A stretch of DNA of 64,000 bases from Naegleria gruberi (Eukaryota), in assembly GCA_000004985.1 (NCBI GenBank), contig GG738914.1. One strand, given 5' to 3'. The notes under the pieces are model-generated. The model had not been told where the DNA came from, searched no databases, and was given only the letters and a program-made list of their open reading frames with translations. This document shows positions 10,249-21,346 of the stretch, one piece after another. Made by a program: the position numbers and the translations under genes. Each line of letters starts with the position of its first letter. Position 1 is the first letter of the stretch.

Positions 10249-10619
10249 AGTCTACAAAATATTTTTGAGTTAAATATTTCTTGGAATAGAATTTTCAAGC
10301 AGTTCATCACTTTCGAATACACTTCATCTCCTATTACTGAGTTTGATACTTGCTCTGTTCAGAATCGTCCAAAATTATCAAACGAAACTTGTTTCAATAA
10401 TACGATGCACCCAAAATCGCATTTGTCTTAAAAATATTGAAAAAATCTTTAAAAAAATTTAATTGAAAAAAAATAGGGCCGAAACTGTGGACTCTTTCTC
10501 GATCGATATTGCTTTTGGAGTTGTAATTTTTCGACCATACGTAGATATTAATGTCTAGTTTTAGTGGTTAAAAATTGCAAAAGGTAGAATGCAAATTGAT
10601 CAAGAAAAAAGATAATGAC

Positions 10620-10690
10620 TGCGTCGACCGGGAATTGAACCCGGGTCACGGCGATGGCAACGCCGTATTCTACCACTAAACCATCGACGC
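10620..10690 (-). tRNA. tRNA-Gly (GCC), 71 nt, no intron
   Basis: Reverse complement is GCGTCGATGGTTTAGTGGTAGAATACGGCGTTGCCATCGCCGTGACCCGGGTTCAATTCCCGGTCGACGCA. Acceptor GCGTCGA/TCGACGC; D-arm GTTT/GAAT; anticodon stem CGGCG/CGCCG with loop TTGCCAT (anticodon GCC); T-arm CCGGG-TTCAATT-CCCGG; discriminator A. Confidence 0.85.
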
Positions 10691-10754
10691 TTCTTATAGT
10701 TACTCTAAAATGTTCAATATGGTCTGATTGGAAAGAACCGGATGGAGTTTGCTT

Positions 10755-11006
10755 TTATTTCTTTGCTGCTTGCATATCCTTTCTATATCTAGCACTAAAA
10801 ATCTCTGTTGTAATATCAAATGCTTGCGTGTAATTTGTTGCACAATTCATTAAACAATCCTTGTCGTTAGAGCCTAATTCCACACTTTTAAAATATCCTT
10901 TAAAACATTTATCAAAACAAACATCTATACTATCAAATCGGAATGTAAGAGCGAGGTTCTTCTCCACAGCATCTTGTCTTTTTGCAAACTCGCTGTTTTT
11001 AGACAT
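10755..11006 (-). CDS. Small Tim family (Tim9/Tim10-like) mitochondrial intermembrane-space chaperone
   Basis: 83 aa carrying twin CX3C motifs (CFDKC ... CLMNC) at the expected spacing, with a basic C-terminal tail. ATG at 11006. Confidence 0.7.
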   Translation of the reverse strand: MSKNSEFAKRQDAVEKNLALTFRFDSIDVCFDKCFKGYFKSVELGSNDKDCLMNCATNYTQAFDITTEIFSARYRKDMQAAKK

Positions 11007-11553
11007 TTTTTATTATTAATATTAATTTTAATTAAATAATTTTGATTAAATACAGTTATCACAATAAGCAAATAAATTGACTTTAGAATATTGAAAATAA
11101 TTTAATTAGATTGAACTGTATTATGAATTTATTCAATTATTAATAATATTCCGAAGAATGAAATTTGACATTAACCACAAATGAAACGACCCATTCATAA
11201 TCATGTATCAAATAGTATCTTACTTCAAACACAGTTGAAATTCAAAAAACAATTCAAGAACCTGAAACAGGTGAATTTTCAAAATATTTTGTAAACTCAA
11301 TTCCAAAACTAGCCAATCACTTGAAAAATATCCATTCATCAGCATTTAGCCACATTTCCATTGGTTGGGCGCTGTTAATCACTAAGAATCTCTCAAAACC
11401 AAGCCAATGTCACCCTCCTACTATCCTCCATGATGCAAGTATTAGTTTCATCCATCTACCAATATCTAGTCCTTCGGGAAACAAGAACAAAAATTATTTA
11501 CTCCGAATTCAAAAATTGCAAAAAACAGTTTTTTATATGAAATTTAAAAAAAA

Positions 11554-12892
11554 ATGCTCAAATCAAGAGTCATTGCCTCACGTGTTTTAAAGAATAATAA
11601 TCAAAAATGCATCAAATTGATGGCCGGAACACAAAGATGTGTCTCCAGATCACCATTATTTGATTTTACCGAAGAAGAAGTCATGATGCGTAATCTTGTT
11701 CAAGACTTTTGTAAACAATCACTTCCGTGGGAGCTTGTTTCCAAGATGGACAAGGAATCAAAACTTGACCCAAAATTGTTGGATTCATTGTTTGAAGTTG
11801 GATTAATGGGTATTGAAATTCCAGAGGAATTTGGTGGCAGTGGAGCTAATTTTACTTCTTCAATTATTGCAATTGAAGAATTGGCCAAAGTTGATCCTTC
11901 AATTTCTGTCATTGTTGACGTTCAAAATACTTTGGTTAATAATTTGGTTCGTAATTATGGTAATAAGGAACAACAAGAAAAGTATTTGACTCTTCTTGCT
12001 ACTAAAGGTCTTGGATCTTTCTGTTTATCTGAAGCAAGCTCAGGTTCTGATGCATTCTCATTAAAGACCAAGGCTGAACTCCAATCTGATGGATCCTATG
12101 TTTTGAATGGTACCAAATGTTGGATTACCTCTTCACAAGAAGCATCTTTCTATATCGTTATGGCCAATACTGATTTCTCTAAGGGATACAAGGGTATTAC
12201 TGCCTTTTTGGTTGACAAGACTAATCCTGGTGTCAAGATTGGTAAGAAGGAAGATAAGCTCGGTATTAGGTATGTGTGTAATTTATTATTGAACTTGTTT
12301 TCTTAACACTTTTATTAGAGCTTCATCAACATGTGAAGTTATTTTGGAAGATTGTAAAGTTGGCCCAGAATCAATTCTTGGAGGTGTTGGTAAGGGTTAC
12401 AAGATTGCTATTGAAATGCTCAATGAAGGTAGAATTGGTATTGCTGCTCAAGTATGTATTTTATGATTTTGATTGTTGACATTTAATAAGATGATTGGTT
12501 TGGCTCAAGGTGTCTTTGATTACACAATGCCATACTTAAAGTCTCGTAAGCAATTTGGTACTCCAATTGCTGATTTCCAAATGATGGAATATCATTACAG
12601 TAAACTTGCTACTGAAATTGAAGCTGGTAGATTAATGGTTTATAATGCTGCCAGAATGAAGGAAGCTGGACAAGTATTTACTAAGGAAGCTGCTATGGCC
12701 AAGTTTTACACCTCAGAAGTTGCTGGAAATGTTGCAACCAAGTGTATTGAAATGTTGGGTGGTGTGGGATTCTGTCGTGATTTCAGTGCTGAGAAATATT
12801 ATAGAGATTGTATTATTGGTAAGATTTATGAAGGTACCAGTAATATCAACTTGGTCACCATTGCCAAACATGTAAAAAAGCAATACGATTAA
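11554..12892 (+). CDS. Short/branched-chain acyl-CoA dehydrogenase (ACADSB-like), mitochondrial; 3 exons
   Basis: Exons 11554..12269, 12319..12451 and 12491..12892. Introns 12270..12318 and 12452..12490 both begin GTATGT and end AG. The joined protein ...KEDKLGIR|[44 protein letters not shown]|[30 protein letters not shown]... aligns colinearly with human ACADSB through the C-terminal [18 protein letters not shown]. Confidence 0.85.
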
Positions 12893-12927
12893 TTTCTTAA
12901 TAAATTAATTTATTTTAATAAGTCAAT

Positions 12928-15900
12928 TTAAAACTTTGAGCTTCTACCAACCCAAATACCAATCAAGAAACAAATCAAACCCACAGCAACACTTCTACCA
13001 TCAAGAAGAGCCCTCATAAAGCCCATTCTACTGACAAATACCAAGAATGTGAATACAGTGGCAATACCGCTAAGAGTCATAATGGTGACTGCTCCAATAA
13101 CTGGAATACCACTTAATATTTTGATCAATAAAGAAAAGGCAATTACTGGCAATACTCTCATATGGGGAGTGTGAGAAAACTTGACAAATTCAACAACGAG
13201 CTTGCTAAATTCCAATTCCTTAAGCTTTGAAATTGAATTTTCAATGTGAGGCAAGTCATGAACAAAACACTTGAACAAGTATATGGCTGGGTATCCAAGA
13301 GTTGGAATTATAACGGAGAGTGCTGTAAATTTGGTAATTTGGTCTTCAACTCGTTTGTTAATGAATAATGAAATAGCAAAGGTTGCAACAGCACAGAAAA
13401 TAGAAAGGTAGAGACGAGAATAACTGATCTTAGTTGTTCTTTTTGGAGATGCTGCAATATCTGATGAATTCTTGAACTTGTCAAGCTGATTTTGGAAAGT
13501 TATAACCTCCTCATCATCACTCCAAGTATTGGTAGTCAAATATAAATAAATAGTAATACCAACAGCTTGAGAAACTTGAACATAAGCACCAAAATGACCT
13601 GATGTGGCACTAGGGAAGAACCATCTAATAATCCAATCAGTAAACATGGCTGTCATGGATGCACCAAATACCCAACGTAAGAATGCTCTCATACTCATCA
13701 TATTTGTCTTTTTGAATTGAGAAAAATCAGAAACGAGATCACTTGATACGTGACTAGCAATTTGTCCAAATACTACACCATTGAACACTAACATAAGCAT
13801 TGGATCTGTTGGATCCTTTGGATAGAGAGGGAATCCTTGGAAAATCAAATCACTCCACAATGCTAGGGCAAAGCACCAATGTTTCCAGAAAGTGGCCTTA
13901 ACCATGGTGCTAAGCATAATTGCTTTTTCTAAACCGTCCTTTGCTAATAAATCCAAAACTGGCTCCCATTCTGTACTCCAAATATCAGCTTGTTTACAAA
14001 CGTCTTCAGTTTCTCCAGACTTGACACCATAACTGATATCACAAGCTCTTAACATTTGAAGATCATTGGTACCATCACCCATGGCAAGAACATAATTTCT
14101 TCTGTGGAAGAACTTTTCATATAATGTTCTTGAGTGATAATGCTGAAGTAGTTTGACACACCACAATTTGAGACCTGGTGTAGATCTACAAAATACAATC
14201 GAGTTGACAAACTTGTTCTTCTTGTTCTTCATATTGATGAGGTCAAGCAACTTTTCAAATACAGGTCCCTTGAAATTGGATCCTTGAGAGGCATAGAGTG
14301 TTCTCATATATTCCATGCAAGATCTATCAAAAAAGAATGTAGATGGACCATTCATGGTTTCTTCATCAGCATTTTCAAGAGATTCCAATAATTCCCTTTC
14401 ATTAGATCCGCAAATATTAATATGGTTTGGCAGTGATAGATGGGTTGCAATTAGTTTAGCATTCTTATAAGAGTCTCCTGTACAGATGCAGAATTGTTTA
14501 CCGGCATGGGTCAATTGTTTGATGCCTTCTTTGACACCATCTCTATAACGATCGACCATGTAAGTAATGGAAGTCATTTTAATGTTCTTAAGAGCATCCT
14601 TAACAATTTCTAATTGTGTTTCAGTTTTCTTTTCATTATCCTTAATCATGAAACTGTCTCTCCAAGATGTCATGATTGTTTTAGCTTCTGACTCTGTAAT
14701 TTTCTTGATACCATGACTCCATGTTCTTGGAGCTCCCAATCCTAATTGGTCATCATTATCTTGAGATTGATGCATACTAGTCCACTTTTCAATTTTGTGA
14801 ATGGAAGATGGATGAGTTGTAATACCAGTTTCTCCTCTCCAAAACAATTCATCACCAGCTTGAACACTGACATAATATTCTCCAGTGTTAGCATCTTGAA
14901 CAAGACATGACTTGCACAAATATTCACGAGTGAATCCAAAGAATGAAATAATCTTTAAGTGATGTTTTTCTCTCTTTTCTGAGCATAAAGTTTCAAATTC
15001 CACAAAACCTGGTTCAATATCTTGAGAATCAATAGGCCAATGGGAAACAAGATTAGAGTATGGAGAGACCATTTTTCTGATAGCTCTTTCTTCTGGTTCT
15101 ACACCTGTAGTACTGAAAATAGCAAAGCAATTGTCCTTATGACATTTGGTAACCTCCATTTCACATTTTACATCATGTTCATAAATAATGTGATGTTCAT
15201 CAAAGTTGATTATATTATCTTCTTCATCAAGGAATAACATGGCATATTTTGGTTGCATCAAGTTGACTGTAAGAGTTCCTGTCTTGTCTGAAATGATACG
15301 ATTCACATAGGCAATTACATCAGATGCCAATGAATTGTTACACTTGACTCCACTTCTAAAGTTGAAAGATAATAAGTGACATACGGTGGTTCTTAATTGT
15401 TCCAAACCTTGAGGGACCATCATGTTAATGTACATAATTTGAGTAATCAAGACTTTTCCAAATGAATGTTCCTCATTACCTTCAACACCAAAGAATGAAC
15501 TGGCAATTGTGTTAACAATTGATAAGAAGAGCATGAGGGCTAAACTGATAAAGAATCCCTTTTGAGTATACTCTTGGAAAGGAGTTGCTTGTTTTGATGT
15601 GGTAGCTCCACTAGAGTGCAAAGCTTTTGTTTCAGTACCAGACCAAGCAACAATGCCTCTAATGGTAATCTTTTGATCTACAGAGGCAATCATGGAGTTG
15701 GCAAATACAATATAAGACTCATCCAGAATATATTTAGAGTTGACTGTAGCACTTCTTATAAGCAAGTTATCAATTTTGATTGTGTGTACAGATTCTGGAA
15801 GTAAGCATTTCTTAACTGGATCATTTTCACCAGTGACTGTAACTTCATTCATGTAGAGAATAGGCTTTCTTGAAGTTTTGAATTGAACATCAGTGTCTTC

Positions 15901-16818
15901 TACAATAATATCAGTCAAAATAAGGTCGGCAGGTAACTCTTCACCAATTCCAATTAAAACTTCATCACCACATTTTAATTGACCTCTTTGTTTCTCTCCA
16001 CCTGTTGCCATTCTTACTCTTCTCTCATTCTTTTCCTTATCAGTCTTCCACTTTGTCAATTGACTCTTAGTTTCAACAATTGCAATGAACAATGTAAAAA
16101 CTGCAAGTGGATAAAATGATTTACCAGTGTGAAAGACAAATAATTGAACAAAACTAATAATCAAGCACCAAATTTGAATTGGCTGAGAAAGGTAAACAAA
16201 GGTTGCATAAATAAAGCTGACAATGGTAATAGTTTGTGAATTTTGAATATCAAAGGTTGTTGTTGAAATGTAATTGGAATCTTCCGAAACTTGAGATGAA
16301 GATTTAGAATGAGTTTTACAACTATATCTTCTTCCACTACTTGTAGGAGAATCCAATATTTCAATTTCTCTACTTTTGTTTTGTAATTCATCCTTCTCTG
16401 TGTGATTCTTTCTCCAATCCAAAATGACCCAATAATTCAATAGGATCGGAATTAAGTGATTCATCACAATATAAGTCAAAATTGCAATAATTAAAGAAGC
16501 AAAGACAACAGGACCTCGTACAGTCTTGGTCTTTTCTGCTAACTTTCCTAAAGCTGGTTTGAAGGCTGTTTCAATGTGTCGACTCGAGTTTTTAAAAACA
16601 TTACTTTCCAATTGATTAACTGAAATCAAACTTGATATTTGGAAATCATCCAATTGAATGTAATAAAAGCAAGTGCATATGATGATAATATATACAACAA
16701 TGATTAGATAATATTGTGATTTGATGAAGGGAAAATTTGAGGAAGCATGAAATCCTCCCTTTCCAGTTGGACCCATCTGAGAGGGTGAGGAGAGTATCTC
16801 CTGATGATGAGTATGCAT
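12928..16818 (-). CDS. P4-type ATPase (phospholipid-transporting flippase)
   Basis: 1296 aa with the phosphorylation motif DKTGTLT, hinge motif GDGTNDLQML, and an N-terminal actuator region (CGDEVLIGIGEELPADLILT). The arrangement of ten predicted TM segments is typical of P4-ATPases. ATG at 16818. Confidence 0.85.
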   Translation of the reverse strand: MHTHHQEILSSPSQMGPTGKGGFHASSNFPFIKSQYYLIIVVYIIIICTCFYYIQLDDFQISSLISVNQLESNVFKNSSRHIETAFKPALGKLAEKTKTVRGPVVFASLIIAILTYIVMNHLIPILLNYWVILDWRKNHTEKDELQNKSREIEILDSPTSSGRRYSCKTHSKSSSQVSEDSNYISTTTFDIQNSQTITIVSFIYATFVYLSQPIQIWCLIISFVQLFVFHTGKSFYPLAVFTLFIAIVETKSQLTKWKTDKEKNERRVRMATGGEKQRGQLKCGDEVLIGIGEELPADLILTDIIVEDTDVQFKTSRKPILYMNEVTVTGENDPVKKCLLPESVHTIKIDNLLIRSATVNSKYILDESYIVFANSMIASVDQKITIRGIVAWSGTETKALHSSGATTSKQATPFQEYTQKGFFISLALMLFLSIVNTIASSFFGVEGNEEHSFGKVLITQIMYINMMVPQGLEQLRTTVCHLLSFNFRSGVKCNNSLASDVIAYVNRIISDKTGTLTVNLMQPKYAMLFLDEEDNIINFDEHHIIYEHDVKCEMEVTKCHKDNCFAIFSTTGVEPEERAIRKMVSPYSNLVSHWPIDSQDIEPGFVEFETLCSEKREKHHLKIISFFGFTREYLCKSCLVQDANTGEYYVSVQAGDELFWRGETGITTHPSSIHKIEKWTSMHQSQDNDDQLGLGAPRTWSHGIKKITESEAKTIMTSWRDSFMIKDNEKKTETQLEIVKDALKNIKMTSITYMVDRYRDGVKEGIKQLTHAGKQFCICTGDSYKNAKLIATHLSLPNHINICGSNERELLESLENADEETMNGPSTFFFDRSCMEYMRTLYASQGSNFKGPVFEKLLDLINMKNKKNKFVNSIVFCRSTPGLKLWCVKLLQHYHSRTLYEKFFHRRNYVLAMGDGTNDLQMLRACDISYGVKSGETEDVCKQADIWSTEWEPVLDLLAKDGLEKAIMLSTMVKATFWKHWCFALALWSDLIFQGFPLYPKDPTDPMLMLVFNGVVFGQIASHVSSDLVSDFSQFKKTNMMSMRAFLRWVFGASMTAMFTDWIIRWFFPSATSGHFGAYVQVSQAVGITIYLYLTTNTWSDDEEVITFQNQLDKFKNSSDIAASPKRTTKISYSRLYLSIFCAVATFAISLFINKRVEDQITKFTALSVIIPTLGYPAIYLFKCFVHDLPHIENSISKLKELEFSKLVVEFVKFSHTPHMRVLPVIAFSLLIKILSGIPVIGAVTIMTLSGIATVFTFLVFVSRMGFMRALLDGRSVAVGLICFLIGIWVGRSSKF

Positions 16819-17131
16819 GAATGATTTTGGTGTTTTAATCCTACAAAAGATGGTTCAAGGAAGATGTGTTGAATGAATGGATAATCTTTTTTTAATTTGT
16901 TTTATTAATAAATGTTGTATTAATAATACTGAGTAACAAATTGCGTGTAAAACGTGTTCGGATGCTACTGTTCAATCACGTTCAATTTGTAGAATATCGG
17001 AGAAGAACAGATGATGACGATAATTTCAACGAACGAGGTTAAGAATTAACGACTTAAATTGTGTCATTAGACATGGCAAAACAAAAGGAATAATATTTAG
17101 AATTTTTGAATAGTTTAGTTTTTTAAATTAT

Positions 17132-17533
17132 TTAATCAGATTCAGATTCTTGCACAACAGCAGTATGGAGACCCTTGAAGGTTGGAACAATCTTGAAACC
17201 AACAATAACTTGGAACTTGTTGACCTTATCCCAGTCTTCGTGATTTGGGTTAGCCATTCTTCTCAAAATAAGTCTGACCTTCTTTGGTGGATTGTGGATA
17301 CCTTGATTCCAGACATACTTGTTCAATTCTGGGTCCAACTTGACTCTGGAGCAGTTCATGACCTTTCTGGCGTGGGACTTGATAGCACGGACAGCTCTAG
17401 CAGCTCTTCTTTGGATTGGCTTACCAACCAATTCTCTATGGAGATTGAAAGTGGATTCCAAAGCAACTTCGGATGGGAGCTTCTTCTTTGGTACGAAGGC
17501 CTTTCTCTTTGGCTTTTCAACAATGTTTGACAT
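17132..17533 (-). CDS. RPL31: 60S ribosomal protein eL31
   Basis: ...EVALESTFNLHRELVGKPIQRRAARAVRAIKSHARKVM...VKLDPELNKYVWNQGIHNPPKKVRLILRR aligns to the eL31 consensus ([28 protein letters not shown]...). ATG at 17533; the track start at 17554 is TTG. Confidence 0.85.
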   Translation of the reverse strand: MSNIVEKPKRKAFVPKKKLPSEVALESTFNLHRELVGKPIQRRAARAVRAIKSHARKVMNCSRVKLDPELNKYVWNQGIHNPPKKVRLILRRMANPNHEDWDKVNKFQVIVGFKIVPTFKGLHTAVVQESESD

Positions 17534-17572
17534 ACTGACTTTTTTTTTCAACAAATTTTTTCAGAATTTTGG

Positions 17573-19303
17573 ATGACTACCAGGTATTGTTGTTTTACAA
17601 TGAGATTTTTTTCAGTCATTCTACGCAGCAAGTCAAAAAGAAAGCCATGTTGCCACATATTAATCCATCAACACATGACGGAAATTGTTCAACAACATTC
17701 TCTAGATAATAATCATGATGAAGTGATCAAATTCTACTCCATGAGTGGGTATCTTCTTTTAGTAGAACATCTTCTCTATATTGAACAAGAACAGGAACGA
17801 GAGGAAATTAAAAAGACTTCCCTCACAACAACAAACTTTCTCGAAACATCTAATACCAACAACAAACAATTAATAGATGAACACAAAAACATTCAAGCTT
17901 CCGAAACAACAGAGGACTTGCTAATAAGAATTGATTTAAGAGCAGAGAGAAATTCGCTTCCTAAATTTCTTCATCACTTTGAAGAGAATTGCTTGTTTGA
18001 TGGTTTTGAGTGGTTTCACCACTCTTTCCAGCCTTCTCCAACAATAACCTCGAATTCAAATAGGACGATGGATCCCATCAGTACCATCTTTTGTAGAAAT
18101 CCATCAAAGGAAGCTTTTCTAATGTTCCTACAGGAAAGAATTCATCAACATACCTACTCATCATCTTCAAACGGTTTGTTTAGTAAGAGATTGGACGTGG
18201 ACTCTATCAGAGAGTTACGAAACAAGTTTATAGAAAAGACTTTCCTCAAAGCTTCCTCATCGTCATCTTTAGAAGGTGGTGCTCGTGTTACCTTTCCATC
18301 ATCATTGAAAACAAGAGAAAAGAAGACTGACTTTCTCCTTCAAATTTGCAACATGACTATTGAGAATAATTTAAAGGATGAGAATGTAGCCAATTATTCG
18401 GACAAGTTTTTTGGTTCCTTTCTGAAATGTTCGTTGGCAACTCTTGAAGCTGCTGATAAAGTGTCTTTACCACTCTCCATTCAAGAAACTTCTGTGGAGA
18501 AGGATATTACCATTGCAAAGAGGATTATCGGAGCATGTTATAGAAATGTTCTAATTCTCTACTTTATTCAAATTATATTTGCTTCTGGTGTATCATCCAT
18601 TAGTCAGCAACAACAAGTGGAGAATCCTGACTCTTCATCCAGTTCAATTTTTCACTTCTCTAAAGAGTATAATATTCTGATGAAACAGATACTTTATGTG
18701 ACCTCCTTGATGAATGTAATTGTGAAAGAGTATGAACAAACAGATCAATCAAATGCTAATTATTCAAATTATAGGAATGTAGCTTTGAGAAATATTGTTT
18801 TGGAAATTTATGAAGAACAGGAGAGACAACACAAAACAAAAGTTAGGCAACCCTTGGAAAAATTGTTTCATCAACTTGTACATGAAAATTTGATGGAGAG
18901 TTATCTTTTCTTGTGCAAACAAGTTAAAAGACAAATGGAACTTCATGGATATGGTTCTAGTGGTGTGGAAATATTAACCAGAGATGTCTTGTGGTGGATT
19001 TTCAAAGTTTTCAATGCCATTAAAGTAATGGAAAAGAATGAAAAGGAAAAAATTTCCAAAGAGCAAGAACGAGCTGAGCTTTATCACCAAGTGAACTCAC
19101 CAATTCTCAATGACCAAAAAAGACTAAAGCTTATTGAGCTTATCTCACAAACAGAACCACCCAAAAGTATAGAACAAGTATTGGATAATCAAAAACTGGT
19201 TACTTTTTATTCAAGTCCAGAGTTTGAAGAAGATTTTCCTTTCGATCAAATTCTTTCCAATTATGAGGAAAATAAGAAGAAATCTAAGATTTCATTTCTT
19301 TAA
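17573..19303 (+). CDS. Hypothetical protein, 576 aa, no recognisable domain
   Basis: Long uninterrupted ORF with coding-like composition. ATG at 17573, only 40 bp from the divergently transcribed RPL31 start; an internal Met at about 17675 is an alternative start. Confidence 0.3.
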   Translation: MTTRYCCFTMRFFSVILRSKSKRKPCCHILIHQHMTEIVQQHSLDNNHDEVIKFYSMSGYLLLVEHLLYIEQEQEREEIKKTSLTTTNFLETSNTNNKQLIDEHKNIQASETTEDLLIRIDLRAERNSLPKFLHHFEENCLFDGFEWFHHSFQPSPTITSNSNRTMDPISTIFCRNPSKEAFLMFLQERIHQHTYSSSSNGLFSKRLDVDSIRELRNKFIEKTFLKASSSSSLEGGARVTFPSSLKTREKKTDFLLQICNMTIENNLKDENVANYSDKFFGSFLKCSLATLEAADKVSLPLSIQETSVEKDITIAKRIIGACYRNVLILYFIQIIFASGVSSISQQQQVENPDSSSSSIFHFSKEYNILMKQILYVTSLMNVIVKEYEQTDQSNANYSNYRNVALRNIVLEIYEEQERQHKTKVRQPLEKLFHQLVHENLMESYLFLCKQVKRQMELHGYGSSGVEILTRDVLWWIFKVFNAIKVMEKNEKEKISKEQERAELYHQVNSPILNDQKRLKLIELISQTEPPKSIEQVLDNQKLVTFYSSPEFEEDFPFDQILSNYEENKKKSKISFL

Positions 19304-19307
19304 TAAA

Positions 19308-20783
19308 TTATTTCTTTGTGATACGATAGGATGAGCTTTCTTGTTTGATAATGGATTGGGTTGGAATATCAGCGAATCCAGCTTCTTTCAGAGCTTTCTT
19401 CATTGTGGTTGTAACACCAACTGGTAGATTGATGGGATTGACTTTTACCTTGGTTGTGGATCTTTGGTTAGCGATGTGTTCAACCAAGAGATGGAGTGGA
19501 ACTTGTTGAGTAGCTCTTTTGGAGGATGAGAGTTTGAAGAATCTTGTATCAGTAATATTCTCTCGAATCATTACTTGTTTAATTCTGTCTTGCAGGGTTG
19601 ACATTTTAGATTCTAAAAGTTTGTATTCGTCCTCAATTTCCTTTATAGAATCCTCAATATCAGTAATGTCTTTAGAGCTATCAGAAAATTCAGCTAGTGG
19701 AAGAAGGTATTCATTCTTACTGTCCTCTTCTTCAAGATCCTGTGGAGATTCCTCTGAATCTGCAGATCTGGCATTATACAAATATTTGAAATAGGACTGC
19801 AAGTGGAATGAATTGTCTTGATGAACAAGAATATTAATTAATAATTGATGCACTCCAAATAATGTAATGACATCTTGGGTTGCATATTCAACTTGAGTAG
19901 GTGACAGTGGTCTTTCGAACCAATCAGATTCTTGTAATTCCTTCTTGTTGGAGTATGTCAATAATTCCTTGATTTCCTCCAAGTTTCCAATGTCATTACT
20001 TGTCTGGGAGACATTATTGATATGGGAAATAATTCTACTTGTAAGATAATGAGAAAGAGTATCAAGCTTATAATTGGAAATTGGTAAAAGATGGTATGGA
20101 ATGTATTTGCTAGAAATTTCATGAGTACAGGATACATTTTTACAATAGGAAGCTCCTCCAAGGAATTTCAAATCAAAAGTCTTGTAGTGAAACACCTTTT
20201 CACATCTCTCATCAAACATAATATTATCTTCAAAGTAATCTAAAAGATCATCAGACATATCCAAAACATCTAAAATTACAATTTTCCCATTCGGCAGAGC
20301 ATCTCTAATTAATACACTTTCAATTTCTCGAATTACCTTATTATCAATGAATTGATCTACATTTTCCTCCTCAACATTTTCCACAGGTTTTAAAGTGTAT
20401 TCTCTCTTTTCCTCTAATAAATGTGAAATTGAAGGTGGAACAATCAAAGGATTGAATAATCTCAAAATTTGATCATTTACACGAGGACTAGAAACCACCA
20501 AACATTGAATACAGGAGAGACGTTCCGAGTTTGTTTTAAATCCACCAACTTCAGTATCCAAATAAAAGACAGTATGAACATTCGGATCATTTATCATTTC
20601 TTTCCATTCATCTATTTTCGCCTTGGCCTGTTTTTCATTGCTGATTAATTCCACAAATTTCTTCTTGTTGGATTTTGGAGGAGAAACATTGTCATTAATT
20701 AATTCTTCTTTGGAGGCAGAAGATAAATTATCTGATGATGGTGAAGAAATTTCTTCATTTTGATGGAAGATGGCTACTTTCAT
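19308..20783 (-). CDS. 3'-5' exonuclease-domain (DEDDy, RNase D/WRN-exo/Mut-7-like) protein with a C-terminal coiled coil
   Basis: VFYLDTEVGGF (Exo I, DxE), ILDVLDMSDDL (Exo II) and YATQDVITLFGVHQLL (Exo III, YxxxD) at canonical spacing. ATG at 20783; the track start at 20816 is TTG. Confidence 0.5.
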   Translation of the reverse strand: MKVAIFHQNEEISSPSSDNLSSASKEELINDNVSPPKSNKKKFVELISNEKQAKAKIDEWKEMINDPNVHTVFYLDTEVGGFKTNSERLSCIQCLVVSSPRVNDQILRLFNPLIVPPSISHLLEEKREYTLKPVENVEEENVDQFIDNKVIREIESVLIRDALPNGKIVILDVLDMSDDLLDYFEDNIMFDERCEKVFHYKTFDLKFLGGASYCKNVSCTHEISSKYIPYHLLPISNYKLDTLSHYLTSRIISHINNVSQTSNDIGNLEEIKELLTYSNKKELQESDWFERPLSPTQVEYATQDVITLFGVHQLLINILVHQDNSFHLQSYFKYLYNARSADSEESPQDLEEEDSKNEYLLPLAEFSDSSKDITDIEDSIKEIEDEYKLLESKMSTLQDRIKQVMIRENITDTRFFKLSSSKRATQQVPLHLLVEHIANQRSTTKVKVNPINLPVGVTTTMKKALKEAGFADIPTQSIIKQESSSYRITKK

Positions 20784-20846
20784 TTTTTTGTTATTTAAAT
20801 TTTGGCGGCAACCCAATTTTTTAACTCCAAGAAATGATTAAAAAGA

Positions 20847-20920
20847 TGGGGTCAGTGAGGATCGAACTCACTACCTTAGGATTATGAGATATACGGGTAG
20901 CCATTATTTTTCCATTGGGG
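20847..20920 (-). tRNA. tRNA-like 3' half (anticodon-stem 3' strand, variable loop, T-arm, acceptor 3' strand); probable tRNA pseudogene or fragment
   Basis: The reverse complement ends ...AATCCTAAGGTAGTGAGTTCGATCCTCACTGACCCCA, a canonical T-arm GTGAG-TTCGATC-CTCAC plus acceptor 3' strand TGACCCC-A, and resembles eukaryotic tRNA-Tyr 3' exons. No matching 5' acceptor strand (GGGGTCA) lies within 150 nt. Confidence 0.25.
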
Positions 20921-21346
20921 ATATTTATATTTGCCAGCAATGTTGGAAAGTTCATTGGAAATTATGTGTTGGATTTAGGAAATCCTCCTGACAGAGATTT
21001 ATTTTGAGCACTATTTATTGATTATAGCTATCAATACATCACCAAAGATTATCAAGATAGGATGGAGAGATCATTGTTGATAAAAATGTTGGAAAGATTT
21101 GTTAAAGAAGAGTATGGTTTTTCAATGGAGAATATCATCATGTTTGGTGATGATGAAACAAAAGGAAAATTACAAAAGAGAATCGAGACAAATTCTTTAA
21201 CAAAATACAATGACATTGAAGATTGGAATTCTCAAATATTAAAATGATTATTATATATCTTCATCATCTAATTATGATAAGAAGAGAGACCGAAAGAATT
21301 ATGAGAATACTAGCAATAATAATAGATCTTCATATGAAATCTTCAT

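Noticed and set aside
17150-17576. Two plus-strand ORFs (126 and 85 aa) over RPL31
   Set aside because: Antisense to a highly conserved ribosomal protein CDS.
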